Shown here piece by piece: positions 1-11,200 of a stretch of 64,000 nt of DNA. The translations under genes were made by a program, and so were the position numbers. The DNA comes from Azolla caroliniana. Its lineage: Eukaryota; Plantae; Polypodiophyta. The notes beneath the pieces were generated by a model, which saw only the letters and a program-made list of their open reading frames with translations, made no database searches and was not told where the DNA came from. Location: assembly GCA_043228905.1 (NCBI GenBank), contig JBHGNT010000010.1:7874001-7938000 (forward strand), in the 5' to 3' direction. Every line of letters begins with the position of its first letter. Position 1 is the stretch's first letter.

Positions 1-232
1 TCGACCCCAAGAGTTGTCTCGTACTAGCCATCACTGTAGGGCACCGTTTTAGCTGTAGGTACTTACATTAAGTAGTCAGTCTGAAAGGCAATGTAACTAG
101 TCTCATTTTCTTGAACTTGATCAGAGGGAGATTCCCCGATCTATGTTTAAGCCTCCTTGTATAGTCTCTTTGTAATAATCCTTCTTAACTAATGGGAAAG
201 TAGCTTCATTTTGAAAAAATAAAATAAAATGG

Positions 233-305
233 ATGGATTTAGCTCAGTTGGTAAGATTGCCCAATGGAGACCAGTGTGGTCATGGGTTCAACCCCTATAT
301 TCTAT
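233..305 (+). pseudogene. Degenerate tRNA-like sequence (tRNA pseudogene or SINE head)
   Basis: A-box TAGCTCAGTTGG (240-251) and B-box GGTTCAACCCC (285-295) at tRNA spacing. T-stem ATGGG/CCTAT pairs; acceptor and anticodon stems do not. Confidence 0.5.
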
Positions 306-362
306 AGTGGCATCTAGTGAATTAAGAGATATATATGAAGTATATAATAGAGAAAAGTGAGA

Positions 363-428
363 AAATTGGGTTTTGAACCCAAGACGCAATGCTTGTAGTA
401 TTAACAACTTACCACTAGGGTAAGCTAA
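363..428 (-). pseudogene. Second degenerate tRNA-like sequence, convergent with the first
   Basis: Minus strand reads TACCCTAGTGGTAAG...TTGGG-TTCAAAA-CCCAA: a degenerate A-box and a perfect 5-bp T-stem containing a B-box. Confidence 0.45.
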
Positions 429-992
429 TTACAAAATGAGAGAGATAGATAGATCGCGAGCGAGCCAATGTGAATGTCAGTGTTGGCAAAATGAATGTGC
501 TGAAGTGTATCTATATAGATAGTTAATGGTTCTACCTCCATTGCCCTTGAAGAAGCCATGTTGTTTGAGTATCCTTTGGAATTATATTAAAATCCTTAAC
601 ATTCTTGTACCTAGTATAAATTACAAAACCATAATGACGATTGATGATAATATTTTATAGATGACACCAACGACGAGAATCTTGATTTTTGAATAAATAT
701 CCAAGCAAAAACTTGTATAACAATGGCATTATATATAATGTTGTCACGTCAATGCGTGTGTGCTTGTGCTACTCGAGTGAGATTGCAAGGGCCCTGGCGT
801 GATGTCGTGGGAGATGTACTTAGAAACCTTTGCGAAACCCTTTGGGGATGTTCTCATGCAATTTCCACCCATAATGCATGTATTGCTAAGGGGGAATTGT
901 GAAGGAAGGCATAAAAAATGAGATTGTTGACGATATGCATATGATTTCTCATCACAACCAATTGGGGGCCTGGTTGGTTCTGCTTCTTTTGT

Positions 993-1530
993 TAGAGTGT
1001 CAAACTCAAATTGTTTAAAGAAATTGAAACTTAAATTGAACTGAACCAAACTACACAACCATTTAAACCGAAACCATTGAAACCGACCAACTACAAAAAC
1101 TTTAAACTCAAACCAAACGGTTTTAGATATTTTCAAACCAATTAAACTATAAAAACTGCGTTTTCGTGGGTTGGTTTCGGTTTTCAAGTTGGGTCAAAAT
1201 TTAAATGTTCAAAAATCAATTTTTAATTTTAAAAATTTTCTATAGTATTTCAAAATTCAAAATTTAAAAGAGTTTTCCTAAAATGTCATAATTAGCTTCA
1301 ATCTTAAAAGTTTGGTAAAAACAAAAACTCAATAAAATAATAATCAAAGTGTCCACTGTCAACTCTAAACCCCGTTTAAATAAAAAATCGTTAAGCTGGT
1401 AAAGGTTCAAACCGAACTGAACCGTTTATTCCCAAACCGAACCGAACCTATAGCAAAAAACTTGAACTTGAACCGGATCGAATTGAACTGTTTAAACAGT
1501 TAAATCCGTGGTTTCGCGGTTCGGTTCCTA
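993..1530. mobile_element. Possible non-autonomous DNA transposon (hAT/MITE-like) remnant
   Basis: Starts TAGAGTGTCAAA. Dense AACCG/CGGTT motifs in both orientations surround an AT-rich core. No clear second TIR or TSD. Confidence 0.35.
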
Positions 1531-1580
1531 GGCGTAGGAGAGGAACCGAGCAACGTTCCAACACAAAAAGCCAAGAGCCG

Positions 1581-1669
1581 ATGGGCTGCTTCCGCAGACA
1601 TCTTCGCATTGCCTCCCCTCCTTCAAGCAGGAGCTGCTCCTCTACGCTTCCATCCACTCTCCGGAACAG
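1581..1669 (+). CDS. PPR gene exon 1 (predicted organellar targeting peptide)
   Basis: ATG at 1581 encodes MGCFRRHLRIASPPSSRSCSSTLPSTLRN (Arg/Ser-rich, no acidic residues). Donor AG|GT at 1670 and acceptor TTTGCAG ending 1874 give a phase-2 join in frame with the long ORF. Confidence 0.7.
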
Positions 1670-1874
1670 GTCGGCCTGCCTGCTTTTGCTCCTTTTTCTT
1701 TTCTTTTTATCCTTTTCTTTTAGGGTTTATCAATTGAAACAAGGGGACACACAATAAGGTGCTTTCAGCCCTCTTTTGTTGAACCCTCCAGAAGTATGGT
1801 GGGGAAGAACTCCTTTTGTTGTTACATTGCTTTTGTTATCCTGTGATTATCTACATTTCAATTTCAATTTGCAG

Positions 1875-3810
1875 CTTCGATTGCAATTCCCTCACATCTG
1901 AAGCCGTATCAGACCTCTGCTCGCAGGGATTCCTTGTAGAAGCATTGCAATGTTTGCGCGATTTGCTCCGGAACCCCCTTCCCGTCTCCCCAAATCTCTT
2001 CTATTGCGTCCTCATGGGATGCATAGAAAAGAGAGACATCCATCTAGGCAGAGAAACGTATTGCCTTATTGTTCAAGGTGGATTGGACACAGACATGTTC
2101 CTCGGAAGCCATGTTATCCGCATGTTTGCATCATGTGGAAGTTTCGAAGAAGCAAATCAAGCTTTCCAGAAGCTTCCACGCAAGAGTGTTTTCACATGGA
2201 GCGCTATCATATTAGCCCACGCCAATCTTGGACACGGTACGTCTGCACTTGAGCTTTTCTCCCACATGCAAACAGTGGATTTGAAACCTGATAGCTATTT
2301 GTTTGTGGCCGTTCTAAAGGCATGTACAAGTAATACAGCACTTATATCAGGAAAGATGATACATAGTTATATAATTGTTTGTGGTTACGAACACGTGGTC
2401 CATATAGGTAGCACACTTGTTGACATGTATGTGAAATGTGGGAGCCTCAAAGACGGTCTACAGATATTTTACAGTTTACCTGAGAAAGATTTGGTCACTT
2501 GGAATGTAGTTATTTGGGGTTGTGCTCAACATCTTCTTGTGCAAGAAACTCTATGGTTTTTGGGAACCTTGTTTCGGGTGGAGTTGGAACCAGATCAAGT
2601 GACATTGATCAGTGTTCTGAAAGTGTGTGCTAGTGTGAAAATATTAGATGAAGGGAAGCTGATTCATGCCCATTTAGTTGAAAATGGATATGAGTTAGTG
2701 TCCCCGGTCAGCAGCTCAATAATACACATGTACATAAAATGTGGTAGATTTGATGCCGCTTTCAATGTGTTTACAAGATTGCCAAAACGAGATTTGGTAT
2801 CATGGAGCGCAATAACAACAGAACATGGGAGCCAAGATGGTCAACCTTTGATGTTTTCTGACCTGTTTCCTCAAATGCAATCGAATGGGGTTCCTGATGT
2901 TGTAACATTTGTTTGCATCTTGAAGGCATGCTCTGGCAGAGGTGCATTTTATGAAGGCAAGCAAGTTCATGCAATGTACGTTGAGTCTGTTTCGGAAACA
3001 GATATGAATACCTCCGTTGGTAATACTCTTATTGATATGTATTTCAAATGTGGAAGCTTCGAGGATGCATATAACATCTTTAGGCGGTTGAGAAATAGGG
3101 ATTTGGTTACTTGGAATACATTGATTGGAGGATGTGCTCAATTCAAGGACTGTAATATGGTGTTCATGTACTTCAGATGTTTGGAACAAGAAGGTTATAT
3201 GCCAGATGATGTAACCTTTATTTCCCTCATTTGTGCATGTAATAACATGGGTCTAGTTGAAATAGCATGTCACGAGTTCAGCTCAATGCATCAAGATTAC
3301 GGCATTTCACCGACACTGGAGCATTATAATTGCATGGTTGACCTTCTTGGCCATGCAGGATGCTTAGAAGAAGCTAAGGATTTTCTTCTATCAATGCCGG
3401 TTCTGTCAGATGCAATTAGCTGGATATCTATCTTGAATCATTGCAATATATATGGCGACACTACCTTAGCAAACCAGTGTTTTGAACATCTTGTTTCGAC
3501 TGGGAGGAGAAATGCCTCAAGTTTCTTGCTCACTTCGCATGCTTACTCTCATGCAAATGGACAATGCAATGCAAATAAAATTGAAGAACTTCGGAGGTCT
3601 TCGAATGCCTGGAAGAAACCAGGTGTAGCATCGATTGCAATTGGTCATCAGGTGTATGAGTTTTTGGTGGGAGACCAAGATAACTCCCAGTACAAAAACA
3701 TTTATTCAAAATCAAAACGATTAAGTGTGCACATGGAAGGACAGGGATATGTTCCATCGTTTGGCTCAATCTTCTCAAAAGAAGACATGGATCTGTTTGA
3801 TTTGAGTTAA
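1875..3810 (+). CDS. PLS-class pentatricopeptide repeat protein with E/E+ domains, DYW absent (organellar RNA-editing factor family), exon 2
   Basis: Repeated P/L/S motifs (GSTLVDMYVKCGS, DLVTWN, PDVVTFVCILKACS). HYNCMVDLLGHAG precedes the E domain. KKPGVASI...FLVGD...GYVP forms the E+ region, followed by a stop. Confidence 0.93.
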
Positions 3811-4059
3811 ATGGTGAGATGTGGTAGGCGAGGGTCATATTTCATGAAGACAAGGATAAATGATCAAGAAAGAAAAAAGCTTGCCACATTCGCCAAACCA
3901 TTGAGAGTGGCAAAAATCAACTCATTGTGCATGTATATCTATGTACCATTGAATTATTTGTGATTGTAAAACCAAGGCATAAGAAAAATCTTTCAATTCA
4001 GTTTGCTATTTGCTATAATGGTGTCAAAACCTTGTACACACTTCCTAACATTGATGCCC

Positions 4060-4930
4060 TCTCCTGAAGCCAGAAAGCGATAGGTGAGGACGTGCAATCT
4101 CTCTATGACAATAATATATGGAATGTTGTCTCATCTGCACAAAACAAGGAGTCCATTGGTGATCAATGAGTCTATAAGGTGAAGTACAATCCGAGGCTCT
4201 GTCAATTATTAGAAAGCCCAAGTCATCACCAAGGATTATGCACAAACTTATGGTATCAATTATTATAAGAAGTTTTCTTCCTTTACAAAGATGGCAGCCA
4301 TGCAAACCATACTCATTTGATTGAACCTCCATCACATGGATTTGAAGAATGTCTTCCTCCAAAGAGGGCTCAAGAAACAGGCATATGTATTACCTCCTCG
4401 ATCCAAGTCAAAATCCCACCCACCCCGGTATGTTAACTCAAAAAATCATTGTGTGGCCTCAAAACAAGCACTTGGGCATGACATGCAAAGATCACACGAT
4501 ACCTACATAGTATCGCTTTTGGCATGTCCTAGTAGATACCTCAATCTATGTGTGAGATGACTCTCATGCTATTGTTTGTTGACGATCAATTAATTGGAGT
4601 ACATTTGTTGTCCATCAATAATTTTAAGTATGTATTCTCTACCAAGTTCAAAATAAAGGATATGGATGATTCACTACTTGGCATTGAGATTATCTACACA
4701 CTTCATGGAGTCTTGCTCTCCTATCACTTAATCTTGAACTTGCTCAAATTTGGAATGATGGAGTGCAATCCAATCATGACCCTATTCAATTACAACTTGT
4801 AGATACAACTCTACTCCTACTCTATTATTTGTGATCCATCACAGAATAAAAAAATAATACGAAGACTTTTCACCCACCTTGACATTCCAAGGCAATTTAG
4901 GCAACCATCATGCAATGGGCTCTTGATCTC
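4060..4930 (+). mobile_element. Highly decayed Ty1/copia RT fragment
   Basis: LHHMDLKNVFLQ, LLFVDD, FKIKDM and LGIEII motifs spread over broken frames. Confidence 0.7.
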
Positions 4931-4977
4931 CATTAGGTGATTGAGGTGATGTGTGAACAACATTTATAAAGCAAAAG

Positions 4978-5379
4978 TGTTGAGCGAGCAAGCTCAACCA
5001 GATCCGAGTCGGGATTGGGGAGCTATATCGGAGAACCGGACCCACGTGTGTATCGGTAGGCCATTTAGAGGTTTACGCTACTAGACTACTAGGTAGTCAT
5101 GGTCCTCGTAGTTAGTGTCAACCGCACGTATGAGCATTGAAGTACATAGTACTTTTGTCAGTCCCTTGTGGACTTGTATAAATAGTGCTCATTGAGCACA
5201 TTCTATGTACAGAGTATAATTTTTTGAATATAGTTTATGCTATTCTGCTCTCTCTGTCTCTCCCACTCTATCTATCTATCTGTGTAAGGTTTCCATTAAA
5301 CCTGTACTCTCTCTGTTGCTATCTGGCTTAACCAGTTTGTCAAAGCTTTTGCATATTAACGTTTTCATGGTATTAGAGC
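4978..5379 (+). mobile_element. LTR (4978-5367) of the short-LTR copia family plus tRNA-iMet PBS (5368-5379)
   Basis: TGTTGAGCGAGCAAGCTCAAC...TTTTCA followed by TGGTATTAGAGC. Homologous to the LTRs at 34251, 40987 and 49693. Confidence 0.85.
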
Positions 5380-6775
5380 CCGCATTTCTTCCTCCATTGC
5401 GGCATATGCCAGTTCGCGTCTTTCGCCGCTTCTGCGTAGATTTCCGGCTCACGCACTTCCTCCACTTTCGTCATGTACGCATAGTGATGCACTATGTACT
5501 CATTATATCCGTACCGTTCTACGGGATTCTTTTGGTGGGTAGATTGACGTAACTTCGTGTTCGCCGATTGCAAGGCCCTCTTGGCCGACTCAGAGTTCTC
5601 TTCTGAAGGTTCATCTTCGTTCTTTCCAGAGTCGGTCTCGCTCTGATCCAACTCGTCTCTGCTGGTGGCATACTCTGGCACCTTCTTCTTCCCCTTCTCT
5701 TTGCGCATGAACTGTCTCCTTGGTTCCTTACGTGGGGAAAGCATGGTTGAGTCTCCACTACTCGCGGGCTCTTCGTCTGAGTGATCGTTCTGACTCAGTC
5801 GCTCATTCGGCCCACTTAGCCGGAATGAGATTGGATTCTCATTTGGAGTGTTGAACCCGTCTTCATCTTCTGCCTGGAATACAACTCATGTGTTGACACC
5901 TTATCCCCGATTCGGTTTTGGATGTGGACGGCCATTCGGACTGCTTCGGCCCAATAGAACTTGGGCATGCTCTTCTCTTCCAGCATTGCTCGTGCCGTCT
6001 CCACAATTGACTGGTTCTTTCTTTCGGCCACGCCATTTTGTTGCAAATAGCTGTTGATTGGACGGAAAAATATTCTTTTCCGCCATCTAACCGTAGGCAC
6101 TTGATCTTCCTCTCCATTTCCTGTTCGACGAGACTTTGCAGGTTCCGGAAACAATCAAAGACTTGATTTTTCTTCTCGATGAGGTAGATCCATGTGTGTC
6201 GACTGTAGTCGTTGATGAAAGAGACGAAATATCGGCTCCCACCAAGACCAACGTTCTATGACGGTCCCCATACATCTGAATGTATTAGATCGAGCTTGTT
6301 ATGGCTTCGGTTTCGTTCGATGGGGAATGGAAGCTGGTGTTCCTTCCCAAGCTGGCAAGCTTCACAAAATAAAGGCCACTAAATTTCGGCAATCCGAGAA
6401 CAACTTGTTTCGATTGTAGGTCTTGAAGCCTCCGGTAGTTGACGTGGCCGATTTGCTTGTGCTAGAGATCAATGTCCGATTTGATCTTCTGTCCTTTTGC
6501 GAACATATTGGTGCAACCGTCGTTGGTGTCGAGGATGAACATCCTCTTGTCCTGGCGCCCTTGCGCAATTATTTGACCTTCTTCCTCGATGAAGCACCTG
6601 AGGTGCGTAAACTGCACCTGCATCCCCTGGTCAACAATCTACTCGACCTATACCAGGTTCTTTGTGATTGTTGGGATGTGAAGCTCGTTCATAAGCTTCC
6701 CTTTTTGTCCAACATGACTCGAGGGAACTTCTCCGACATGCACAATCGGGTGAGGAGTGTCGTCTCCGGTTTCAA
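5380..6775 (-). mobile_element. Inverted internal fragment of the short-LTR copia family (protease end, integrase, RT start)
   Basis: VETGDDTPHPI, QNGVAERKNQSIVETARAML, KFYWAEAV and REPEIYAEAAKDANW on the minus strand. Confidence 0.85.
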
Positions 6776-7177
6776 CAAATGTGAAAGATATCGATGACAA
6801 TCCCATCATACTTGTTCTATATGTGGATGATATGTTGTTAGCTAGGAAAAGAAAGACTAGTCTTGATGCTCTAAAAGATAAACTGAAATTGGTCTTCTCT
6901 ATTAAAGATTTGGGAAATGCAGAGCATATTTTGGGCATGAGAATCAGTAGAAACAGAAAGGACAAATTGTTGTTTTTGTCACAAGAAAAGTACATTGAAA
7001 AAGTGCTTACTAAATTTAATATGGCAGAAGCAAAGCCCCTTGGAGTTCCTTTGTTGTCATATCTTGAAATTAGCAAGGCTATTTCTCTAAAGGATGAGAT
7101 GGAAGTCAATGCTATGAAGGGAATTCCTTATGCATCAACATGTGGTTCTCTAATGTATGCTAATGGTAGCTACTCGT
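6776..7177 (+). mobile_element. Tork/Tnt1-like copia RT fragment, cut by the gypsy LTR
   Basis: LVLYVDDMLL, KDLGNAEHILGM, LSQEKYIEKVL, PYASTCGSLMYA. Confidence 0.85.
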
Positions 7178-8173
7178 TGTCGCGGAAATCTGTGCCTGCG
7201 GGTTGGTCAAACGGGACCACCGGGGTCTTTGACCAAGGAGGATGAATCGGGTGACTTGTGCTTGTAAGGAATCGACCGTCGTTTACGTTTATAATCGGGT
7301 CGTTCTTGTTGTCAAAGATGCTTGTGTGGGTTGATTGAGAGAGAGAGAGAGAGAGAGAGAGCGATATTGAGAAAATATTTACCGCACCACAAAGATGTCG
7401 TGAAGCACATGACACATGTGCCAAATGTCGCGATGTGTGTGTTACACGTGTGCAAACAAGCACCGGCCTCTATCCGCAAGTGGTGATGGAGGATCGAAAG
7501 GATTGTTCAAGACAATGAAGCGGAACTGTCAGTGTTCTGGACCGGAAGGACTAGCGCAAGCGAGAAAGTATTAAAGATAGATTGGTAGATAGATAGATAC
7601 AGACGAGAATTCCCGGTTTGAACCTTTGACTTCAAAATTGAATGACAAGACACATTACTAATGAGATAACTAAGATTTATTATTATTGTTATTGATTCCA
7701 TACATTGCTTGATTTCCTTTCCCTTCCTTTCCTTCTTATATAGATGCCCCCATGCATATGATGCATGGAGGGTGTAAGACATGCATACAATGCATGATTG
7801 CCATTTGGCCCTCATGCATCACATGTGATGCATGATGACCATGTCTCTCATTCAAGCTCTCATGTACAAGCTGTTACATGTGAAAAGTACAATGAAGAAA
7901 TAAACTTTAAAGAAAAAAACCTAGCCTAATGGTATGTCAATTGCCTCCTATCCTTGAGGTGTAAGGTTCAAAACCTTATTTGCACCTTATTGTATGCCAC
8001 TAGGCCCAAGGCTTATCTTTATATCTTGTGTAATAAACACACATCACACGTGCACATTAACGTTCTAACATACATGTGTAACCATCACTCCTTTCATACA
8101 TGTGCACATTACACCTTCTCGATTTTCCTCGTTCCACATGATTTTCACACTGTTGCTGAAAATCTTCATGACA
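7178..8173 (-). repeat. Gypsy 3' LTR (contains a (GA)n tract at 7337-7361 and a tRNA-like cassette at ~7915-7985)
   Basis: TGTC...GACA termini; colinear with 19685-20670. Confidence 0.9.
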
Positions 8174-8278
8174 TCTAGCCCCACCAAATCGCATGTCCTT
8201 CGGTATGTGCCAAGAAGTGAGTGTGAGATTTTGTCTACGGTGATTAATCAATTTCCTCCACATCCTCATTGACCTTGC

Positions 8279-11200
8279 TCAGTTTGTGGGTCTCGTTGTA
8301 CTATCTTCATTGCTGAGGTCATTGAGGTTAGGACCCTCATCTTGTCTTTTCTTGAATATCTTTACTCTTTTCCCCGCAATGGGTATGGCCAGCCTTGATC
8401 CGTCTAGATTTGTGAGGTGGTAGGTGGCATTGTCGTTGGCACTCATCACCACATACGGTTTGAACCACCTTCTTGCGAACTTCCTTGTCGTCCTGTGTTG
8501 GTATGGCCAGCCTTGATCCATCTAGCTTTGTGAGGTGGTAGGTGGCATTGTCGTTGGACTCATCACCACATACGGTTTGAACCACATCCGTCTAGCTTTG
8601 TGAGGTGGTAGGTGGCATTGTCGTTGGCACTCATCACCACATACGGTTTGAACCACCTTCTTGCGAACTTCCTTGTCGTCCTGTGTTGGTTGTCAAGGCT
8701 ATTGTCGTAGACCAATACCCAATCCCCTTCTTCAATCTTCTTGGGACGTAGTCGGTGTGTCTTATCGAACCGAATCTTATTCTTCACTTGGGTTGTCTCC
8801 ATTATCTTTCGCGCTTTCTCTAGATCGTCGGGTCCGAATCTTATTCTTCTTTCGAGCTGCCTTATCCGTGCCGCCAATAATTCTTCCCGGCTCATCTTGT
8901 TCTCCCATGGTATTGCTACCCATGAGGCGATCATCCTCTCGATGGGCATTACTGGTTTCTGTCCATACATGAGCTCTGCTGGCATATAGCCTATCATAAA
9001 ATTGTGCGTAGTTCTATTGGCCCACAATGCATAGGGCAATAATCGCGGCCAATTCCCAACTCGACCATTCCATGCTTGTATGATGGCTTTGACTATCCGC
9101 CCATGCCGTTGCTCGATCTTCCCATTTGCTTCCAGATTATAGGTAGCTGTGAGGGAGAGCTTTACGCCTTGTCGCTTGAAGAGCTCCATTGCTTCGTGCG
9201 CATCTAACTCCCCTTAGTCGGCCACTATCTTTCCCACACATCCATATCGGCAAACGACCTCTTAGAGTAGAAATTTTCATGTGGATGTCGTTGTCTTATT
9301 TGCTAAGGCTCGTCCTTCTACCTGATTTGTCAGGTCTTCCCTCGCTAGTACTAAGTACTTCATCTGTCCCACTCCCATTGGCATTGAGACCAGATCCACC
9401 ATCCATTTAAAGTGTACGGTGAGTGGGTATGTTGGCCGCAACTCATCACGGTGATGTATGTTCGAATGTACTTGGCAGCTTTCACATGTGGACACGAAAT
9501 GTAGTACATATTTATACATGCTCGGCCACCAGTACTTCTCCTTTAGCTTTTCAAACATTGCCCACGTTCCTCTATGACCTACCCATGGACTCTCGTGGAA
9601 TTCAGACATCAACGTTGTTTGGTCCTCTTTCTTCACCACTACTCATCGTGGCATCCCTTTCCTTCTCTTTGGGTGCTACCAAAGGAATCCTCCCTTCAGA
9701 AAATATTGGTAAGCTTTCTTCCATATTTATAGAGCCTCCTCCTTCGTCCATGAAGCATCCGCCATCATTGTTCTCAAGAATCTACTGATTAGTATCCACT
9801 CCCCTTCATAATCGTTCTCATTGAAAGCGTGGAGGGTTGGCGTGCCTCTGTCTTCTACTGATAGTTGGGTTGCCTTGAAGAAGTCAAGGGCGACGTCTTC
9901 ATCTTCTGAAACCATGTCACTTTGATCTTCGAATCTTGCTCTTGACAGCATGTCAGCCATGGCGTTCTTCCCAGCAATGTGTCGGATCTCTGGGTTCAAA
10001 GACTTGATATAAGTCACCTTAGCATAGCCAGATCTGGTGCCGCACATCCGGAGATCATCCCAAGGATTGGGAGGCAATCCGTTTCAATTACCACCTCCGA
10101 CTTGATCAGGTAGTACTTGTCTACCTTCACTGCAGACACGATACCCCAAAGTTCTCGCTTTACTTGGGTGTATCCTCGTTGTCATTCGCTAAGGACCTTT
10201 GCTCCGAACCGGATGGCGTACTGTGTGCTATCTTCTCCTTCTTGGTTGATGACCCATCCAATCCCCATTGGACTCGTATCTACCGTGACGTAGATGGGCA
10301 TCCCTTCTTTGTAAATGGCTTTCCTTAAAGCTAGTGCTGCCACCAGTAGCCCTTTTAACCGCTTCATCGCCTCAGTGTGTATTGGTTCCCATTTGAATTT
10401 TCTCCCTTTTTTCAGTAAGCTATACAAGGGTTCAGCCACATGAGCATAGTGCGGAATCCAAATGTGGTAGAATGCACATGCCCCTAAGAATCTTTGGACC
10501 TCTGTCTGCGTTCCACATTCCTCTCGCATCTCTCGAATAGCATTCACCTTCTCGGGAGAGGGTTTCCGTCTGTATGGTCCACAAAGATGTCCCACTACTA
10601 GGATCTCACGTTGGCCAAATGCTGATTTTTCTCCGGAGAGTGTGAGCCTTGCACCTTCTAGTCTTTCCAGCACTCTTCCACAGTCTTCAATATGGTTTGA
10701 AACAAATCTTCGACATCCATCTTGATCTAAAGACTCATCCTTCTCTGATTCAAGGCACCCCTTTATAGGGATATCATCAAGGAAAGGCATCGTAATATCT
10801 AGGATGCGGTCTCTTAGTACTTTGTTCATGGCGCTCATCATGTGAGCCACTGAGTTAGTTGCCCCTTGCGGTAATGTACACATCCTTACTAGCCCAATGG
10901 GAGTCCGCATTGTTGTGATGTCTCGACTATCCAAAGACAATTGAAATTGGTCGTATCAAGAATACAAGTCCCCAATCGAGTAAATCGACCTTCTTGCAAA
11001 ATCTTCAGCAAACTCATCAACACTAGGTCCAATACCAACATTACGAATGGTGACCTTGTTTACCGGTTGCAAATCTTGGATAAATCGAAGTGCTCCATTC
11101 TTCTTCGGCACCGTGAACCACCTATTTGAATAAGGCGCATTAGATGGCTCAAGGATTGCCATTCTAATCTTTTCTTTTAACATCTCTAGCAATCTTGGAA

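Noticed and set aside
1816-1874. ORF-track N-terminus of the PPR (MLLHCFC...)
   Set aside because: It starts at TTG inside a T-rich predicted intron; the upstream exon at 1581-1669 gives a better model.
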